This document shows, one piece after another, positions 29,423 to 39,688 of a stretch of 64,000 nt of DNA; the first letter of the stretch is position 1; the number at the start of each line of letters is the position of its first letter. The translations under genes and the position numbers were made by a program. The notes under the pieces are model-generated. The model worked only from the letters and a program-made list of their open reading frames with translations. It was not told where the DNA came from and ran no database searches. Source of the stretch: a virus; the IMG/VR virus record IMGVR_UViG_3300042878_001826, positions 32,001 through 96,000 of that record; one strand, 5' to 3'.

Positions 29423-31411
29423 ATGGCTAAAATTTCAAAGTATGTAAAGTTAGATAAAGACATCTTATTGGAGTACATATACAACGATGGAAACATGATC
29501 GGTGATCAGTATAAAATACTCGTGGATTCTAGAGACAACAGAAGGTCTTATATTGCAGGAGATTTAAGTTCTACAGGAAATACAAACATCAAAGGTCAGG
29601 AAAACCAGTTATTTAGATTGGATCAAGTATCAGGAAGATACGGTATTGTAAACCCAGAATATTACTCTTATCTACAATACAAAGAATTTTCAGCGAGTAT
29701 TCCGGTAAGACACGATACAATAAAGGTTCATATACCGATAAACTGGACGTTTGGTGAACATTTAGGATTCTATATAAGAGTATATGGACTTGATGAGACG
29801 AACACAAACCCATTTGAGATATCCAACTTTTACTTTGACATGACTAACGTGTCTCAGCAGTATCTTTTAAACTATTCTGCACCACCACTTCTTTTTCAGG
29901 AAAAACTTTGGGGTAAAAATATACAGATAGAAGTTCCTGCGATAAACGAACTCGCGGCACAAAAGACAGATGGTCTACCTAAAGAAAATAGTATAAACTC
30001 AAATCTTTCTAATGGTATAGGATTAAGTATAACTGCACCTATATTCATAGACTTCTATTTTATCGATGGTATCCAGAAAGTAAACGGAATAACCAGTTAT
30101 ATACTTGCAGGAAAAGTAACGACTACTATTCCACAAGCACCAGAGTTTGAAAGATTGGCACTTATGGTACAACATTCAACTCAAGGAGACTTCTTTGAGA
30201 TATACGGAACATACAACGACAACATAGCAGAGTTCAAAAAGTTCATAGATGATTCTGTGAAGATGGGACATAGATACTACGTTCAATACAACATAACAAC
30301 ATACGAACAAAACATTAGGGGTAAGACTACTACAGTTACAGTTCATGATGGATTCAACGAATCTATCGAGTATAGACCTATTATAAAGTTCTCTACAACG
30401 ACAGCCATAATAGATGTCGAGATGAGACTTGTAGACTCTGTGGACGACTCTTACATACTTAGAAGAGCATCTTATGGTATGTTACAAGATGAAGTTTCTA
30501 AATATAGTACTAACATGCTTAAAATAAATCTTGTGAATGCATCTAAACCTAAAGTTTATAATGTTAAGAATGCAATCGATGCTTCTTTATTAGGTGTTAC
30601 AAATGCAATGGGTAGAACTACAAAACCAAGAGGAAGAATAAACCAAACAACATCAAGTGGTGCAGGTTTCAATGTAGGAATTGCAGTGAATAAAGGTGAT
30701 TTTGGTAGTGGAAATGGATTTGGTGCTGGAGTAGGTGCTAATGGTGGTGCTGGATTTGGTGGTAATGGAAGTGGAAATGGTAACGGAAATGGTAACGGAA
30801 ATGGTTTAGGTGGACAAGTTAAGATAGAGACTATAAAAGTTCCATATCCAGTTCTTATAGACAGAGCAAATATAATCGGTAAGTCTGATAACTCTATATT
30901 TAATAACAATGTTTTCTACGGAAACGCAAAGATGCAAATAAAGATTTATCCATATGACAACATAATCAAATTCATAATAGCATCTGGTGATCCACTAAAA
31001 CCTGACTATTTAGATATGACAGGATTGGGAGAAATAAAGATGACATTTAGAAACGATAATACTACAGAAGAGTTTACTCTTTTGGCAGAATCTACTGATA
31101 TAAACTTAAAATTAGGTCAGGTTGTATTTAAAGTACCACAATCTAAAGTGATATCTATAAAGAAAATATACGAATCAGGAGTAAATCTATTCTATATCAT
31201 AGCGAGTAGTCAAGAAAACGTTTCTGTAGTATATACAGGACTATTCCAGATATTCGACAATCTTGCAAATGTTTCTACTCTTAATAAAGATTCTGTTACA
31301 GAAGGAAACAAACCATCTATTAACCAAGATCCTAATTTACCGAAAGAAACTGCGGTTGTTACTAGAAAACTTATTACTGGAGAAACAGTACCAACTAAAA
31401 AGGGAGGATAA
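29423..31411 (+). CDS. Putative virion structural protein with a Gly/Asn-rich linker
   Basis: 662 aa, beta-rich, GNGNGNG tract; TTATATATA upstream; precedes the tail-terminator-like gene. Confidence 0.6.
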   Translation: MAKISKYVKLDKDILLEYIYNDGNMIGDQYKILVDSRDNRRSYIAGDLSSTGNTNIKGQENQLFRLDQVSGRYGIVNPEYYSYLQYKEFSASIPVRHDTIKVHIPINWTFGEHLGFYIRVYGLDETNTNPFEISNFYFDMTNVSQQYLLNYSAPPLLFQEKLWGKNIQIEVPAINELAAQKTDGLPKENSINSNLSNGIGLSITAPIFIDFYFIDGIQKVNGITSYILAGKVTTTIPQAPEFERLALMVQHSTQGDFFEIYGTYNDNIAEFKKFIDDSVKMGHRYYVQYNITTYEQNIRGKTTTVTVHDGFNESIEYRPIIKFSTTTAIIDVEMRLVDSVDDSYILRRASYGMLQDEVSKYSTNMLKINLVNASKPKVYNVKNAIDASLLGVTNAMGRTTKPRGRINQTTSSGAGFNVGIAVNKGDFGSGNGFGAGVGANGGAGFGGNGSGNGNGNGNGNGLGGQVKIETIKVPYPVLIDRANIIGKSDNSIFNNNVFYGNAKMQIKIYPYDNIIKFIIASGDPLKPDYLDMTGLGEIKMTFRNDNTTEEFTLLAESTDINLKLGQVVFKVPQSKVISIKKIYESGVNLFYIIASSQENVSVVYTGLFQIFDNLANVSTLNKDSVTEGNKPSINQDPNLPKETAVVTRKLITGETVPTKKGG

Positions 31412-31426
31412 AAATAATAAAAAACG

Positions 31427-32026
31427 ATGAGATTAAGTAGTCAGAATAGTCAGTTCATATTCAACCTTCCTGGTGATTTTATAAAACCAGAAACGATAAA
31501 CACGTATCAACCAATTTTGGAGAAGAACTGGGTTCAGTACGAAAATGTCATCGATTATCTAAATTCGACAATCAAATCTGTTAACTTTCCAGGTATGTCA
31601 TTTGAGATGCCGAAGCAGATTTTGATGAGAGGTAAGGAACGTCAGTTTAAGCCAGCAAAGAATGTTCAAGATATTACGACAACACACGATTTAACGATTA
31701 CTTTTAGATCTGTGGATTCCGATTTGAACTATTGGCTTATGTTTGATTTACTTTCTAAGCATTATATGGACGTAGAAAACTCGTTCTTGAACCCATTCAC
31801 AATAACGTGTGTGGATATACACAGAGATGCTTTGTATGTGATAAGATTCTATGAGATAATATTGAAGTCTTTGTCAGAAAACACATTTAACTATTCTTCA
31901 CAAAAAGTAACAAGTAAAGACTTCACTCTTGCCTTCCATTTTAACTTCTATGATATAGAGTTTATGTTAGACAAAAGTAAAGTTCTGGAACTTGGTGCGT
32001 TGCCACAGATTATTCAACGTCTTTAA
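31427..32026 (+). CDS. T4 gp3-like tail tube terminator / tube-fold protein
   Basis: IKSVNFPGMSF..DLTITFRSVDSDLNYWLMF resembles the gp3/gp19 tube family. Confidence 0.62.
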   Translation: MRLSSQNSQFIFNLPGDFIKPETINTYQPILEKNWVQYENVIDYLNSTIKSVNFPGMSFEMPKQILMRGKERQFKPAKNVQDITTTHDLTITFRSVDSDLNYWLMFDLLSKHYMDVENSFLNPFTITCVDIHRDALYVIRFYEIILKSLSENTFNYSSQKVTSKDFTLAFHFNFYDIEFMLDKSKVLELGALPQIIQRL

Positions 32027-32189
32027 TCTTTGGATAAAGCTTGTCGATAGAGTTCTTTCTTTTCCAAGATTTTGACAAGACGTAGTTTTTAAGGTTATTA
32101 CCTATTTCTAAATCTATGCTTTTAGAAATCTCTTGTGAAAGTATCTTCATAAGCTCGTCTTCTGCGTTTATACTATTTTTATTTTTCAT
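32010..32189 (-). CDS. Small hypothetical protein with RKNSIDKLY motif (likely start MKNKNS)
   Basis: Start overlaps the upstream gene stop (TAATG). Confidence 0.55.
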   Translation of the reverse strand: MKNKNSINAEDELMKILSQEISKSIDLEIGNNLKNYVLSKSWKRKNSIDKLYPKIKDVE

Positions 32190-32755
32190 TAGAGCCACCA
32201 AATTGCAGTCTTCCAATATTCACGTTCTGGGTGTTCATATACTTCTCCTTTATATTTAGAATTGAAATAGTCTTTGTTTGGTAAATCTGGATATCCTGAT
32301 GTATCTTGACAATAATTGTCAAAAATAATTATTCCACCTTTTTTTACAAACTCTTCGGATATCTGTAGAGCATCTGCTCTATATGATCCATCGACTATTA
32401 TACAATCCCACTTTTTATTCAGAGTTCTAATATAATTCAAATAGTTTTCTTTATTAGGATGTGCTTGTGTGGCGGAAAGTGGACATTGTACAACCTGCAT
32501 TGTATAGTTTTTCTTCTGATTTTCATTCAGATATTCTATTATTTCATCTGCCCAAACAGAGTCATTTTCTAATGTATCAACACTCTTACAATTATAAGAA
32601 TACCAAACCGTTGAGCAACCGCCTCCCCATTCGAATACATCCCAGTTTTTATAGTTCATTTTTAATAATACATCAAGACAAGGCTTGGTATACCAAGGTA
32701 AAATTAGACCACAACTCTGGTCTACAAACTGAATTTCATTAGGATTTTTAAACAT
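32189..32755 (-). CDS. Class I SAM-dependent methyltransferase
   Basis: VFEWGGGCST, TLEND, WDCIIVDG, GGIIIFDN. Confidence 0.82.
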   Translation of the reverse strand: MFKNPNEIQFVDQSCGLILPWYTKPCLDVLLKMNYKNWDVFEWGGGCSTVWYSYNCKSVDTLENDSVWADEIIEYLNENQKKNYTMQVVQCPLSATQAHPNKENYLNYIRTLNKKWDCIIVDGSYRADALQISEEFVKKGGIIIFDNYCQDTSGYPDLPNKDYFNSKYKGEVYEHPEREYWKTAIWWL

Positions 32756-32764
32756 TTTTAAATA

Positions 32765-33406
32765 TTATTTTTTTTGAAATAACGAGAAGCCATTCCTTAA
32801 ATTTAGATTATCATAAAGTGTATTGTAACAACCACTTTCAATTATCTCTTTTCTTATTTTGGAACATTTGAGAATAGAGCTATCATCCAACGCCACAATT
32901 CTTGTTCTGTCTTTAAGTTTTATCCATTCCGGGTAAGTAGTATATTCACCACCATCTAAAATTAAAAAATCGATTTGTTCTGGCAATTCGGATAATACTT
33001 TTTTTGAAATCTTTAGTAGTGAAAGGTCTTTATCATACCATAATCGTGCATGCTCATCTATGTTAAAATCTATTTCACTATGATTGAACCAAAAAACATC
33101 CTCAAAGTCTATTATAGAACCATTTAGTAATGTTACATAGTCGGATAATTGTTTATTCTGTCCTGATTTGTTTAAAACATTTACCGAGTTCAAATTTGCC
33201 AATGCGGTATTATACATATCTTCATACATCTCTATAGAGATAAAGTTTTTATTCTCATTACTTTCTATGATTGCTCTTATAACACAATTTGTAGAACCTA
33301 ATCCATTCCATGTACCAATCTCTACAATGTTTTTAACATCATCTCTTTTTGAAACTTCGAAAATTAAGTCTCCTGCAATATCACCTAAATTTATTTGACC
33401 ACTCAT
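32765..33406 (-). CDS. Class I SAM-dependent methyltransferase-like protein
   Basis: IVEIGTWNGLGST, IDFLILDGGE, VALDD. Confidence 0.72.
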   Translation of the reverse strand: MSGQINLGDIAGDLIFEVSKRDDVKNIVEIGTWNGLGSTNCVIRAIIESNENKNFISIEMYEDMYNTALANLNSVNVLNKSGQNKQLSDYVTLLNGSIIDFEDVFWFNHSEIDFNIDEHARLWYDKDLSLLKISKKVLSELPEQIDFLILDGGEYTTYPEWIKLKDRTRIVALDDSSILKCSKIRKEIIESGCYNTLYDNLNLRNGFSLFQKK

Positions 33407-33428
33407 TATTTATTTTTTATTTTTTTGT

Positions 33429-34004
33429 CTATTTGATTCTTTTTGCAGGAACTCCTACATAAGTACCGCTTTCTGTTATGTTTTTAACAACACCACTGTT
33501 TAGTCCTACGATTATATCGTCTGTTATTTTAGTTTTTTCTCTTACTGAACTATTTGATCCTAAATACACAGAGTCTCCTATTTTGCAATTTCCGGATATA
33601 ATCGAACCAGGCATGGCACTGAAGAAGTCGCCTATAACAGAATCATGTCCAATTTGTACTCCTCTGTTAAGAATACAATGACTTCCCAATTTTATGTTTG
33701 TTGTTAAAATAGAATATGGTCCAATATAGGTTCCTTCTCCTATTACTATATCGTCGGATATAATTGCGGTCGGATGCACAAACGAAAAGTATTTTGTATT
33801 CTTAGGAAGACTTTCTTTGACCTTTCTTCTTAAATTTGACTCTCCCAAACAAATCATCATTTCATATTTATCTGGATTAAAATCGCTTATAGGCTTTAAA
33901 AAATCGTTGCTGAAATCATCATCAACAAATATATCGACTTCCTCTTTCAAGAACAGAATCACTTCGCGCGCATGACCACCATATCCAAATATTGCTTTTT
34001 TCAT
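33429..34004 (-). CDS. Sugar N/O-acetyltransferase (PglD/NeuD/PerB-type, hexapeptide repeat)
   Basis: IFGYGGHAREV, VHPTAIIS, IGHDS, YVGVPAKRIK. Confidence 0.9.
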   Translation of the reverse strand: MKKAIFGYGGHAREVILFLKEEVDIFVDDDFSNDFLKPISDFNPDKYEMMICLGESNLRRKVKESLPKNTKYFSFVHPTAIISDDIVIGEGTYIGPYSILTTNIKLGSHCILNRGVQIGHDSVIGDFFSAMPGSIISGNCKIGDSVYLGSNSSVREKTKITDDIIVGLNSGVVKNITESGTYVGVPAKRIK

Positions 34005-34639
34005 TATCTTTCTTTTGTGTATATTTCAAATTTTGATAAATCAGGGTATGGTAATTCCAAATCTTCATTCTTTTTAGGAGTTCCATCAGTATTGTAAAAT
34101 TGACCCATCAATAACATACCTCTCGCCGCAAGCTCTGGCATCATATAGAAGTTCCAACCTAGCATATCAAGATTGTCATCATGATAAGAACATTCTCTCC
34201 TACCACTATAGCGCGCTCTTTTGAACCAGTGATATGCCTCTAGGCTATCGGTTAGTATTGCACCACCCTTACTCAGTTTAAAGTGCTTGTAAGGACCTGT
34301 AAATGATATACACATATGTGTTCCTTTTTTGTACATATTCGATGTAAATGATAGAGCGGAGTCCCAAACATTTGTTGGTTCTAATTGATATGCACCTTTT
34401 ATTGTTTTACCCTTAACTTCTTTGAACTTTACCTTAGCACCTGCGTGTATTATCTCACAAGGAACTGAAGGATATGTTCTTGAAGGAATTGTTATATCAA
34501 TTCCTTTAACATTTTCATACATTAATGCTAAGAATAATGCATTACTTTGATTATCGACTGTTACCACATAGGGTGCACCCGTGTAGATACTTAGAGCCTT
34601 TTCGAAATCTTCTGTTATTTTATAAACACCGTTTGACAT
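34004..34639 (-). CDS. Short DegT/DnrJ/EryC1/StrS-type PLP sugar aminotransferase
   Basis: FEKALSIYTGAPYVVTVDNQSNALFLAL, TYPSVP, DSA, SFTGPYKH (Schiff-base Lys), GGAILTD, GWNFYM. Confidence 0.85.
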   Translation of the reverse strand: MSNGVYKITEDFEKALSIYTGAPYVVTVDNQSNALFLALMYENVKGIDITIPSRTYPSVPCEIIHAGAKVKFKEVKGKTIKGAYQLEPTNVWDSALSFTSNMYKKGTHMCISFTGPYKHFKLSKGGAILTDSLEAYHWFKRARYSGRRECSYHDDNLDMLGWNFYMMPELAARGMLLMGQFYNTDGTPKKNEDLELPYPDLSKFEIYTKER

Positions 34640-34660
34640 ATATTTTTATTTTTATTTTTA

Positions 34661-35509
34661 TTACCAATAACAACCACCATCCATTAGGTTATGACCAGTC
34701 GGTATTTCATCTATAGATCTAGTCCAATGTTCGTTATAGTATTTATTTACTCTTTCCCAGTTATCCCATCGCGATCCTTTTATACCAAAAAGTATCTGAA
34801 GTTCCCCACCTACATAGATTGCCGATTTATTTAGACTATCTTTTATAAAAGAAACTAAAGGAATACCATAGTGTGAACATCCAAGAAGTGCAATATCAAA
34901 ATCCAACTCTGCAATTTCAGACTTCATAAAATCTAAAGATTCTTTCCAAGAAGAGTGAGGTCTATTTCCACCCAAAGTCCAAACCGGCTTATATGTTATA
35001 AGTTCAAAGTCTGGTAATTTTCCATCAGCCCATATAAGATTTCTTTTTTCATATTGCATTTTAATTGTTTCTTCAAAAGGGTAAATAACAAGAACTTTTT
35101 TACCTGCTAAACTTTTTGACCAAAAATCATTATGTCTAAATGAATAAAGTGACTCACAATCTATCTTAATAGATTCTGGAGATAGTGTATCAAAAATATT
35201 TTTTTGTTCGTCATAGACTAAATTAGATTCATCATCATTGAACCAAAATACCTGTAAGTCTGCATTAGATATACCATTACAGAATTCTTTGAAGAACTCT
35301 TCACCACATTGACCATAAACTCCACCTTGTTCTATTATAGAAGCTAAAGTATTACCATTAATAGTATAGTTTAATCCATGTTTTAAATACCAATCAACCC
35401 ATCTAACTTCTGCAAGTCCTATTCTGGTAAGTGCAAATGGTTTGTCATTTTTGATATGTTCTTTTATCAAAACATTCCCCGCAATTCCTTTATTTTTTAA
35501 ATATTTCAT
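34661..35509 (-). CDS. GT-D-fold-like glycosyltransferase candidate
   Basis: FALTRIGLAE, LAGKKVLVIYPF, FDIALLGC, AIYVGGELQILFGIKG. Confidence 0.6.
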   Translation of the reverse strand: MKYLKNKGIAGNVLIKEHIKNDKPFALTRIGLAEVRWVDWYLKHGLNYTINGNTLASIIEQGGVYGQCGEEFFKEFCNGISNADLQVFWFNDDESNLVYDEQKNIFDTLSPESIKIDCESLYSFRHNDFWSKSLAGKKVLVIYPFEETIKMQYEKRNLIWADGKLPDFELITYKPVWTLGGNRPHSSWKESLDFMKSEIAELDFDIALLGCSHYGIPLVSFIKDSLNKSAIYVGGELQILFGIKGSRWDNWERVNKYYNEHWTRSIDEIPTGHNLMDGGCYW

Positions 35510-36339
35510 ATTGTTTTTTTATTTTTCATTAGAGCCACCAAATTTATTTGACCATTATTTATTTTTTTGTCTATTTCTTTTATAGTATCAAGAAGCAATT
35601 GTTTATATTCATATCCACATTTGTTGGATTCTAAATAGTATTCCTTTCTTTTGTCATATTCACTATACTTTCCAATACTTTCTATTACGTATTTATCATA
35701 GTCCATATTATAGTGTTTATATAGGTCTCTTATGTAGTCGTTGACAAACGTAAGTCTTCCTGAACCTATTATCTTATGAGAGTTTGTTTTTATAGATTCA
35801 TCTACTACGTATTTGGGATGAACTATATCTCTATAGAAATAAGTATCTCCGATTTCTATTACTTTTTTGTTTATTATAGAGTCGAATATCTTACCAAAAA
35901 GAAAATTATCATTTCTATAAACAGAATTAAAGTTGAAAGGATACATAACAAAAACATTATGATATTTTTCGTTTTTTGTTACATACTTTGACATTTTGTA
36001 TTTTGATTGAAGATACAAAGAGGTGTAGAAGTTGTAGTTCATAGAAATGTTGATCTTACCATCATATTGATTCCAAAGTTCGCAAGTGGAATATACAACT
36101 ACGGACTTTGATATATCTTTAACCATATCAATAACTTTTATAGTAAGATTGAAGTTTATCTCATCATGCATAGTGACATCTTCTATAAACTTTCTGGATT
36201 CACCAAAACATATAAAAACTCTATTCCAATTTTCTCCTGAGATTAAATCATAATCGATTTCACGAGATGATATTTTTACATAATCTTCAGGAAAGTAGTA
36301 AGATAGTTGAGATGTGTTTCCTATTACAAGATTTCTCAT
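35506..36339 (-). CDS. NAD-dependent epimerase/dehydratase-like protein (likely start MRNLVIG)
   Basis: LVIGNTSQL, YSTCELW, YLQSK (YxxxK), YRDIVH. Confidence 0.65.
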   Translation of the reverse strand: MRNLVIGNTSQLSYYFPEDYVKISSREIDYDLISGENWNRVFICFGESRKFIEDVTMHDEINFNLTIKVIDMVKDISKSVVVYSTCELWNQYDGKINISMNYNFYTSLYLQSKYKMSKYVTKNEKYHNVFVMYPFNFNSVYRNDNFLFGKIFDSIINKKVIEIGDTYFYRDIVHPKYVVDESIKTNSHKIIGSGRLTFVNDYIRDLYKHYNMDYDKYVIESIGKYSEYDKRKEYYLESNKCGYEYKQLLLDTIKEIDKKINNGQINLVALMKNKKTI

Positions 36340-37397
36340 TTTATTTCTTCTATAGTTTTTTTCCAAAGATTGTAGATATCTTTCTTTCTTGTTTTGTTAA
36401 AATCCATCATTTTTGAGTGTATGTCCATTAAATCTGTTTCTTCAAGTTTTTTACCCAAGTCATCAAATGAATCAAAATAAACTATATGTGGCATCCAGTC
36501 TTTGTTGTAGAAGTCTGAATATTTTATCCATTTTGACATAATAGGAATGTTATCATATCTATTTGGATCATTTGATCTATCACATTCTATAGAGGATACT
36601 GGTTCTTTAGTACCAAAAGTTTTATTCCATGTAAGTTCACTTAAAACTTGATTACTATATTTTGAGTATAAATCAATCATGAATTCCTCAGAAGGACAGA
36701 ATATAGGTATACCTGAGGTATAATATTCAAAAATAGACATGGTTGAACAGTTATAAGGTATTATAATTATTCCTTTGTATCCAGATATATCTTCCCATTT
36801 ATATCTATGTAGTGTATCTTTATCCGTTATAAAACTAGTATCAAAATTTATTTTTAATCTACTAGAATATAAGAAAGTATTTTTTATTGGTGACCATATA
36901 GTATTAGTATAATCGCATATATTTGGTATCAACTTACATTCTCTTTCTACAAAAAATTCAAAGTATCTTTTATCATATTCTGAATTTGCAACAGGTATTA
37001 TCATACCAGAATCTATTCCATTTCTAAGATACTCATTAAAGTATTCCCACTTATTTATATCTGATTGAAATGGAACTTCATATCTAATAGGTATTTGTAG
37101 TATAATCGGCTTTTTGAATTTTTCATAAATCATACTAAAAGCAGGTGGGTATGTACATATAAATCCATCATATTCAGATAATTCATCTTTATATCTTTGG
37201 TAAAACTCATCACACATGTCTTGATTCAAAGATTGCCAATTGTTTTGATTAACTACATCAACAGATGTAGGCATTCTATCAAAAACCCAATTATGACCAG
37301 ATACCGACCAACTTGTTACTTCATGGCCTAAATACTCAAATGTTTTTTTTAAATCTGCTATAACAGATATATGACAATCTAAATTAAAAAATTTCAT
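36336..37397 (-). CDS. Putative glycosyltransferase
   Basis: IIIPYNCSTMSIFEYYTSGIPIF resembles the GT-B C-terminal motif; glycosylation locus context. Confidence 0.6.
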   Translation of the reverse strand: MKFFNLDCHISVIADLKKTFEYLGHEVTSWSVSGHNWVFDRMPTSVDVVNQNNWQSLNQDMCDEFYQRYKDELSEYDGFICTYPPAFSMIYEKFKKPIILQIPIRYEVPFQSDINKWEYFNEYLRNGIDSGMIIPVANSEYDKRYFEFFVERECKLIPNICDYTNTIWSPIKNTFLYSSRLKINFDTSFITDKDTLHRYKWEDISGYKGIIIIPYNCSTMSIFEYYTSGIPIFCPSEEFMIDLYSKYSNQVLSELTWNKTFGTKEPVSSIECDRSNDPNRYDNIPIMSKWIKYSDFYNKDWMPHIVYFDSFDDLGKKLEETDLMDIHSKMMDFNKTRKKDIYNLWKKTIEEIK

Positions 37398-38108
37398 TTA
37401 TCCTAATATATTTTTTATTATTTTCCAATAGTCTGGATGTCTTTCATCATTTTCATCAAATGCATCACCAACAAACTCATAGTCTTTTCTTTGTGTTGGA
37501 AAAGGTCTTATTTCAGCACCGTATTTTAATCCAAACTCTGAATGTTCAAATGATTTACCAACAACCAACGGGTAAACTATCTGTCCCAAAAAATCCTGAT
37601 CCTCTGCTTGATACTTTCCTTTTCCTTGGTGTGCGTTCCACATCGCAAAAAGATTTGATATGTTTGATAGTATTCCGTTTCTGGAACCCCACATTCCTGT
37701 TAGTATAGGAACTTGATGATGTGGATGATCTCTCATTATATGAAAGTCTTTGTCAGATTTTAACCATTCGTTTATAGCCTCAACTTCTCTTAAAGATAAT
37801 CTAGAATCACAATCTCTTGATATCAATACATCAATTTCTGTATCTGCTAATGCGTTAAATCTCCAGAAAAGTCCACTATGGTTAAATCTTTCATACTCCG
37901 AAAATCTACCTTCTTTTCTTTTTAGAAGTATTATCTCTGTGTTGTCGGATTCCAATGACTTTATTAGATTCTCATCACATGAATCGTCTACATAGAATCT
38001 ACATATCCAACCAGGAAAATACTTTTTCGCTTGTTCAATGTTTTTACGTGCACCTATCCAATAGATTGGCTTGTCACCCCATAAGCTATATACTATTACT
38101 TTTTTCAT
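37398..38108 (-). CDS. Putative GT-A glycosyltransferase
   Basis: YSLWG, FWRF, ISRDCDSRL (DxD), FHIMRDHP, GMWG, DQDFL. Confidence 0.65.
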   Translation of the reverse strand: MKKVIVYSLWGDKPIYWIGARKNIEQAKKYFPGWICRFYVDDSCDENLIKSLESDNTEIILLKRKEGRFSEYERFNHSGLFWRFNALADTEIDVLISRDCDSRLSLREVEAINEWLKSDKDFHIMRDHPHHQVPILTGMWGSRNGILSNISNLFAMWNAHQGKGKYQAEDQDFLGQIVYPLVVGKSFEHSEFGLKYGAEIRPFPTQRKDYEFVGDAFDENDERHPDYWKIIKNILG

Positions 38109-38142
38109 AATACCGATATTATATCACATCTAATAATTTTTA

Positions 38143-38856
38143 TTATTGTCTTATTCTTGTTGCCAAAATAGGCATGTTTTTCAAATCATTCCAGTTCTCT
38201 GAATATGTTTCGTCTTTGATTATTAAGCTTTTATATCTCTTTCTTAAAATACCTAAAATAGATTGATCATGTCTGTGATCTCTAAACTCTGATGTTCTCT
38301 TATAGTCATTCCATATATCAGAAAAAAGATCTGGATGTTCACAAGCCATTCTATAATACTCATTTATTATCTTTGTGGAGTTTTCACACTTTCTAAAAAT
38401 CAAAACACCACCGACAATCTGACTTGTTTTTCTCATTTCGTCATTATCATCTATTCCAAAATGTTCAAAAACTTTCTCATTTGTGTACATACTTTCAGTT
38501 AGTCCCGTAATTTCAAAAGACATAACACCACAATCATCTTCTTTTATCATTTCTAAATACTCTTCGAGTCTTTGTTTACCGTTTATGTTTATGTGACATC
38601 CGGCGTCCGCATAAATACAATAATCACCATCATTCATTCTATCAAAAGTACTCTTCAAAAAGTGAGATTTCCATAACCAATACCCGGCTCCTCTTGGTTG
38701 AAATAAATGTGGTACGGTTTTTTCTATAAACTCTTTTGGTAGATTTTCAGGTCCGTAAACACTAACCTCATCAAATCCCATACTTATAGCTTCTTGTCTT
38801 ATACGTTGCTTACTTTGTACGTATTTTGAATCACCGTAAGAAAAAAAATATATCAT
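38143..38856 (-). CDS. Putative GT-A glycosyltransferase (likely start MIYFFSY)
   Basis: GAGYWLWK, YADAGC, HRHDQSIL. Confidence 0.68.
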   Translation of the reverse strand: MIYFFSYGDSKYVQSKQRIRQEAISMGFDEVSVYGPENLPKEFIEKTVPHLFQPRGAGYWLWKSHFLKSTFDRMNDGDYCIYADAGCHININGKQRLEEYLEMIKEDDCGVMSFEITGLTESMYTNEKVFEHFGIDDNDEMRKTSQIVGGVLIFRKCENSTKIINEYYRMACEHPDLFSDIWNDYKRTSEFRDHRHDQSILGILRKRYKSLIIKDETYSENWNDLKNMPILATRIRQ

Positions 38857-38857
38857 T

Positions 38858-39688
38858 TTATTTTTCAAATATTTTATACAAGAATGATTTAATATTCTCA
38901 ATCTTGTTGTTGTCTGGTATATTATACTCTTCGAACCATGGTTTGTTTAACATCTTTAAATATCTACTATCATCTTTATCAAGTGCGATAATATAGTCAA
39001 TCATATCATCTTCACTTGCAAAATCATAAAAGTTTATGAAAGATTCTGTATTAAACTCTTTCCCTATCAAAGGATTACCCCAATATAAAGGAATTGAATT
39101 CACAGTCATCGGCTCCATTATTTTTTCAGTTGTATAACCAGGATGTTGTGGTCTATATGCGTTGTTCTCAAATGCAATAGAAAACTTATATTCGGATTGA
39201 AACTTTCTTTTGTCAGGTACTGCATAACCAATGTTGTTAGCAAATCTACCACCAGAATCAATCTTTTTATATTTAGAAAGTTTGGCAAAGAAGTTGTTTC
39301 GCTGCTGGCAATCTCCGTTAGAAACCACGAAGTTGCAGAACTTTCTTTTGGTCAACGATTCTTCTATCTTCTTTTCCAAAGCCAGTTCGTAGTATCCGTC
39401 GTATAAAAGATAGTGTGGTAGTCTATAGTTTCTGGAATCTTCCAAATAGTCGAAAGAGAAAGAATAGTCACAATATTCTAAAGGCGGTGCTATGTTCTCT
39501 CCGGTATAAAATATCTTCTTACAACTGTATCTTTGATGGTTCTGTCCAAACAAAGAAAAGAACAGAAAGTCAGGATTGTTTGAAATCTCTACTTCGAATT
39601 CTTCTTTAAGAAGATTGTAGAAATAGTTATCTGTCTTGTCGAATCCTCCCCAGAAGTCAGAGAAGTCTATCTTTATTTTTCTTTTCAT
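38858..39688 (-). CDS. Alpha-1,3/1,4-fucosyltransferase (GT10) (likely start MKRKIKI)
   Basis: KIFYTGEN, RLPHY, KFCNFVVSN, YKFSIAFEN..GYTTEKI..IPLYWG. Confidence 0.92.
   Translation of the reverse strand: MKRKIKIDFSDFWGGFDKTDNYFYNLLKEEFEVEISNNPDFLFFSLFGQNHQRYSCKKIFYTGENIAPPLEYCDYSFSFDYLEDSRNYRLPHYLLYDGYYELALEKKIEESLTKRKFCNFVVSNGDCQQRNNFFAKLSKYKKIDSGGRFANNIGYAVPDKRKFQSEYKFSIAFENNAYRPQHPGYTTEKIMEPMTVNSIPLYWGNPLIGKEFNTESFINFYDFASEDDMIDYIIALDKDDSRYLKMLNKPWFEEYNIPDNNKIENIKSFLYKIFEK

Noticed and set aside
30660-30815. GGTAACGGAAAT-type tandem repeat as a contingency locus
   Set aside because: It encodes an in-frame Gly/Asn linker; unit lengths are multiples of three, so it cannot act as a phase switch.
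34661-35509. MKYLKNKG start as another capsid-targeting tag
   Set aside because: It lacks the aromatic-x-Glu part of the motif and the late element, and it sits inside the glycosylation operon.
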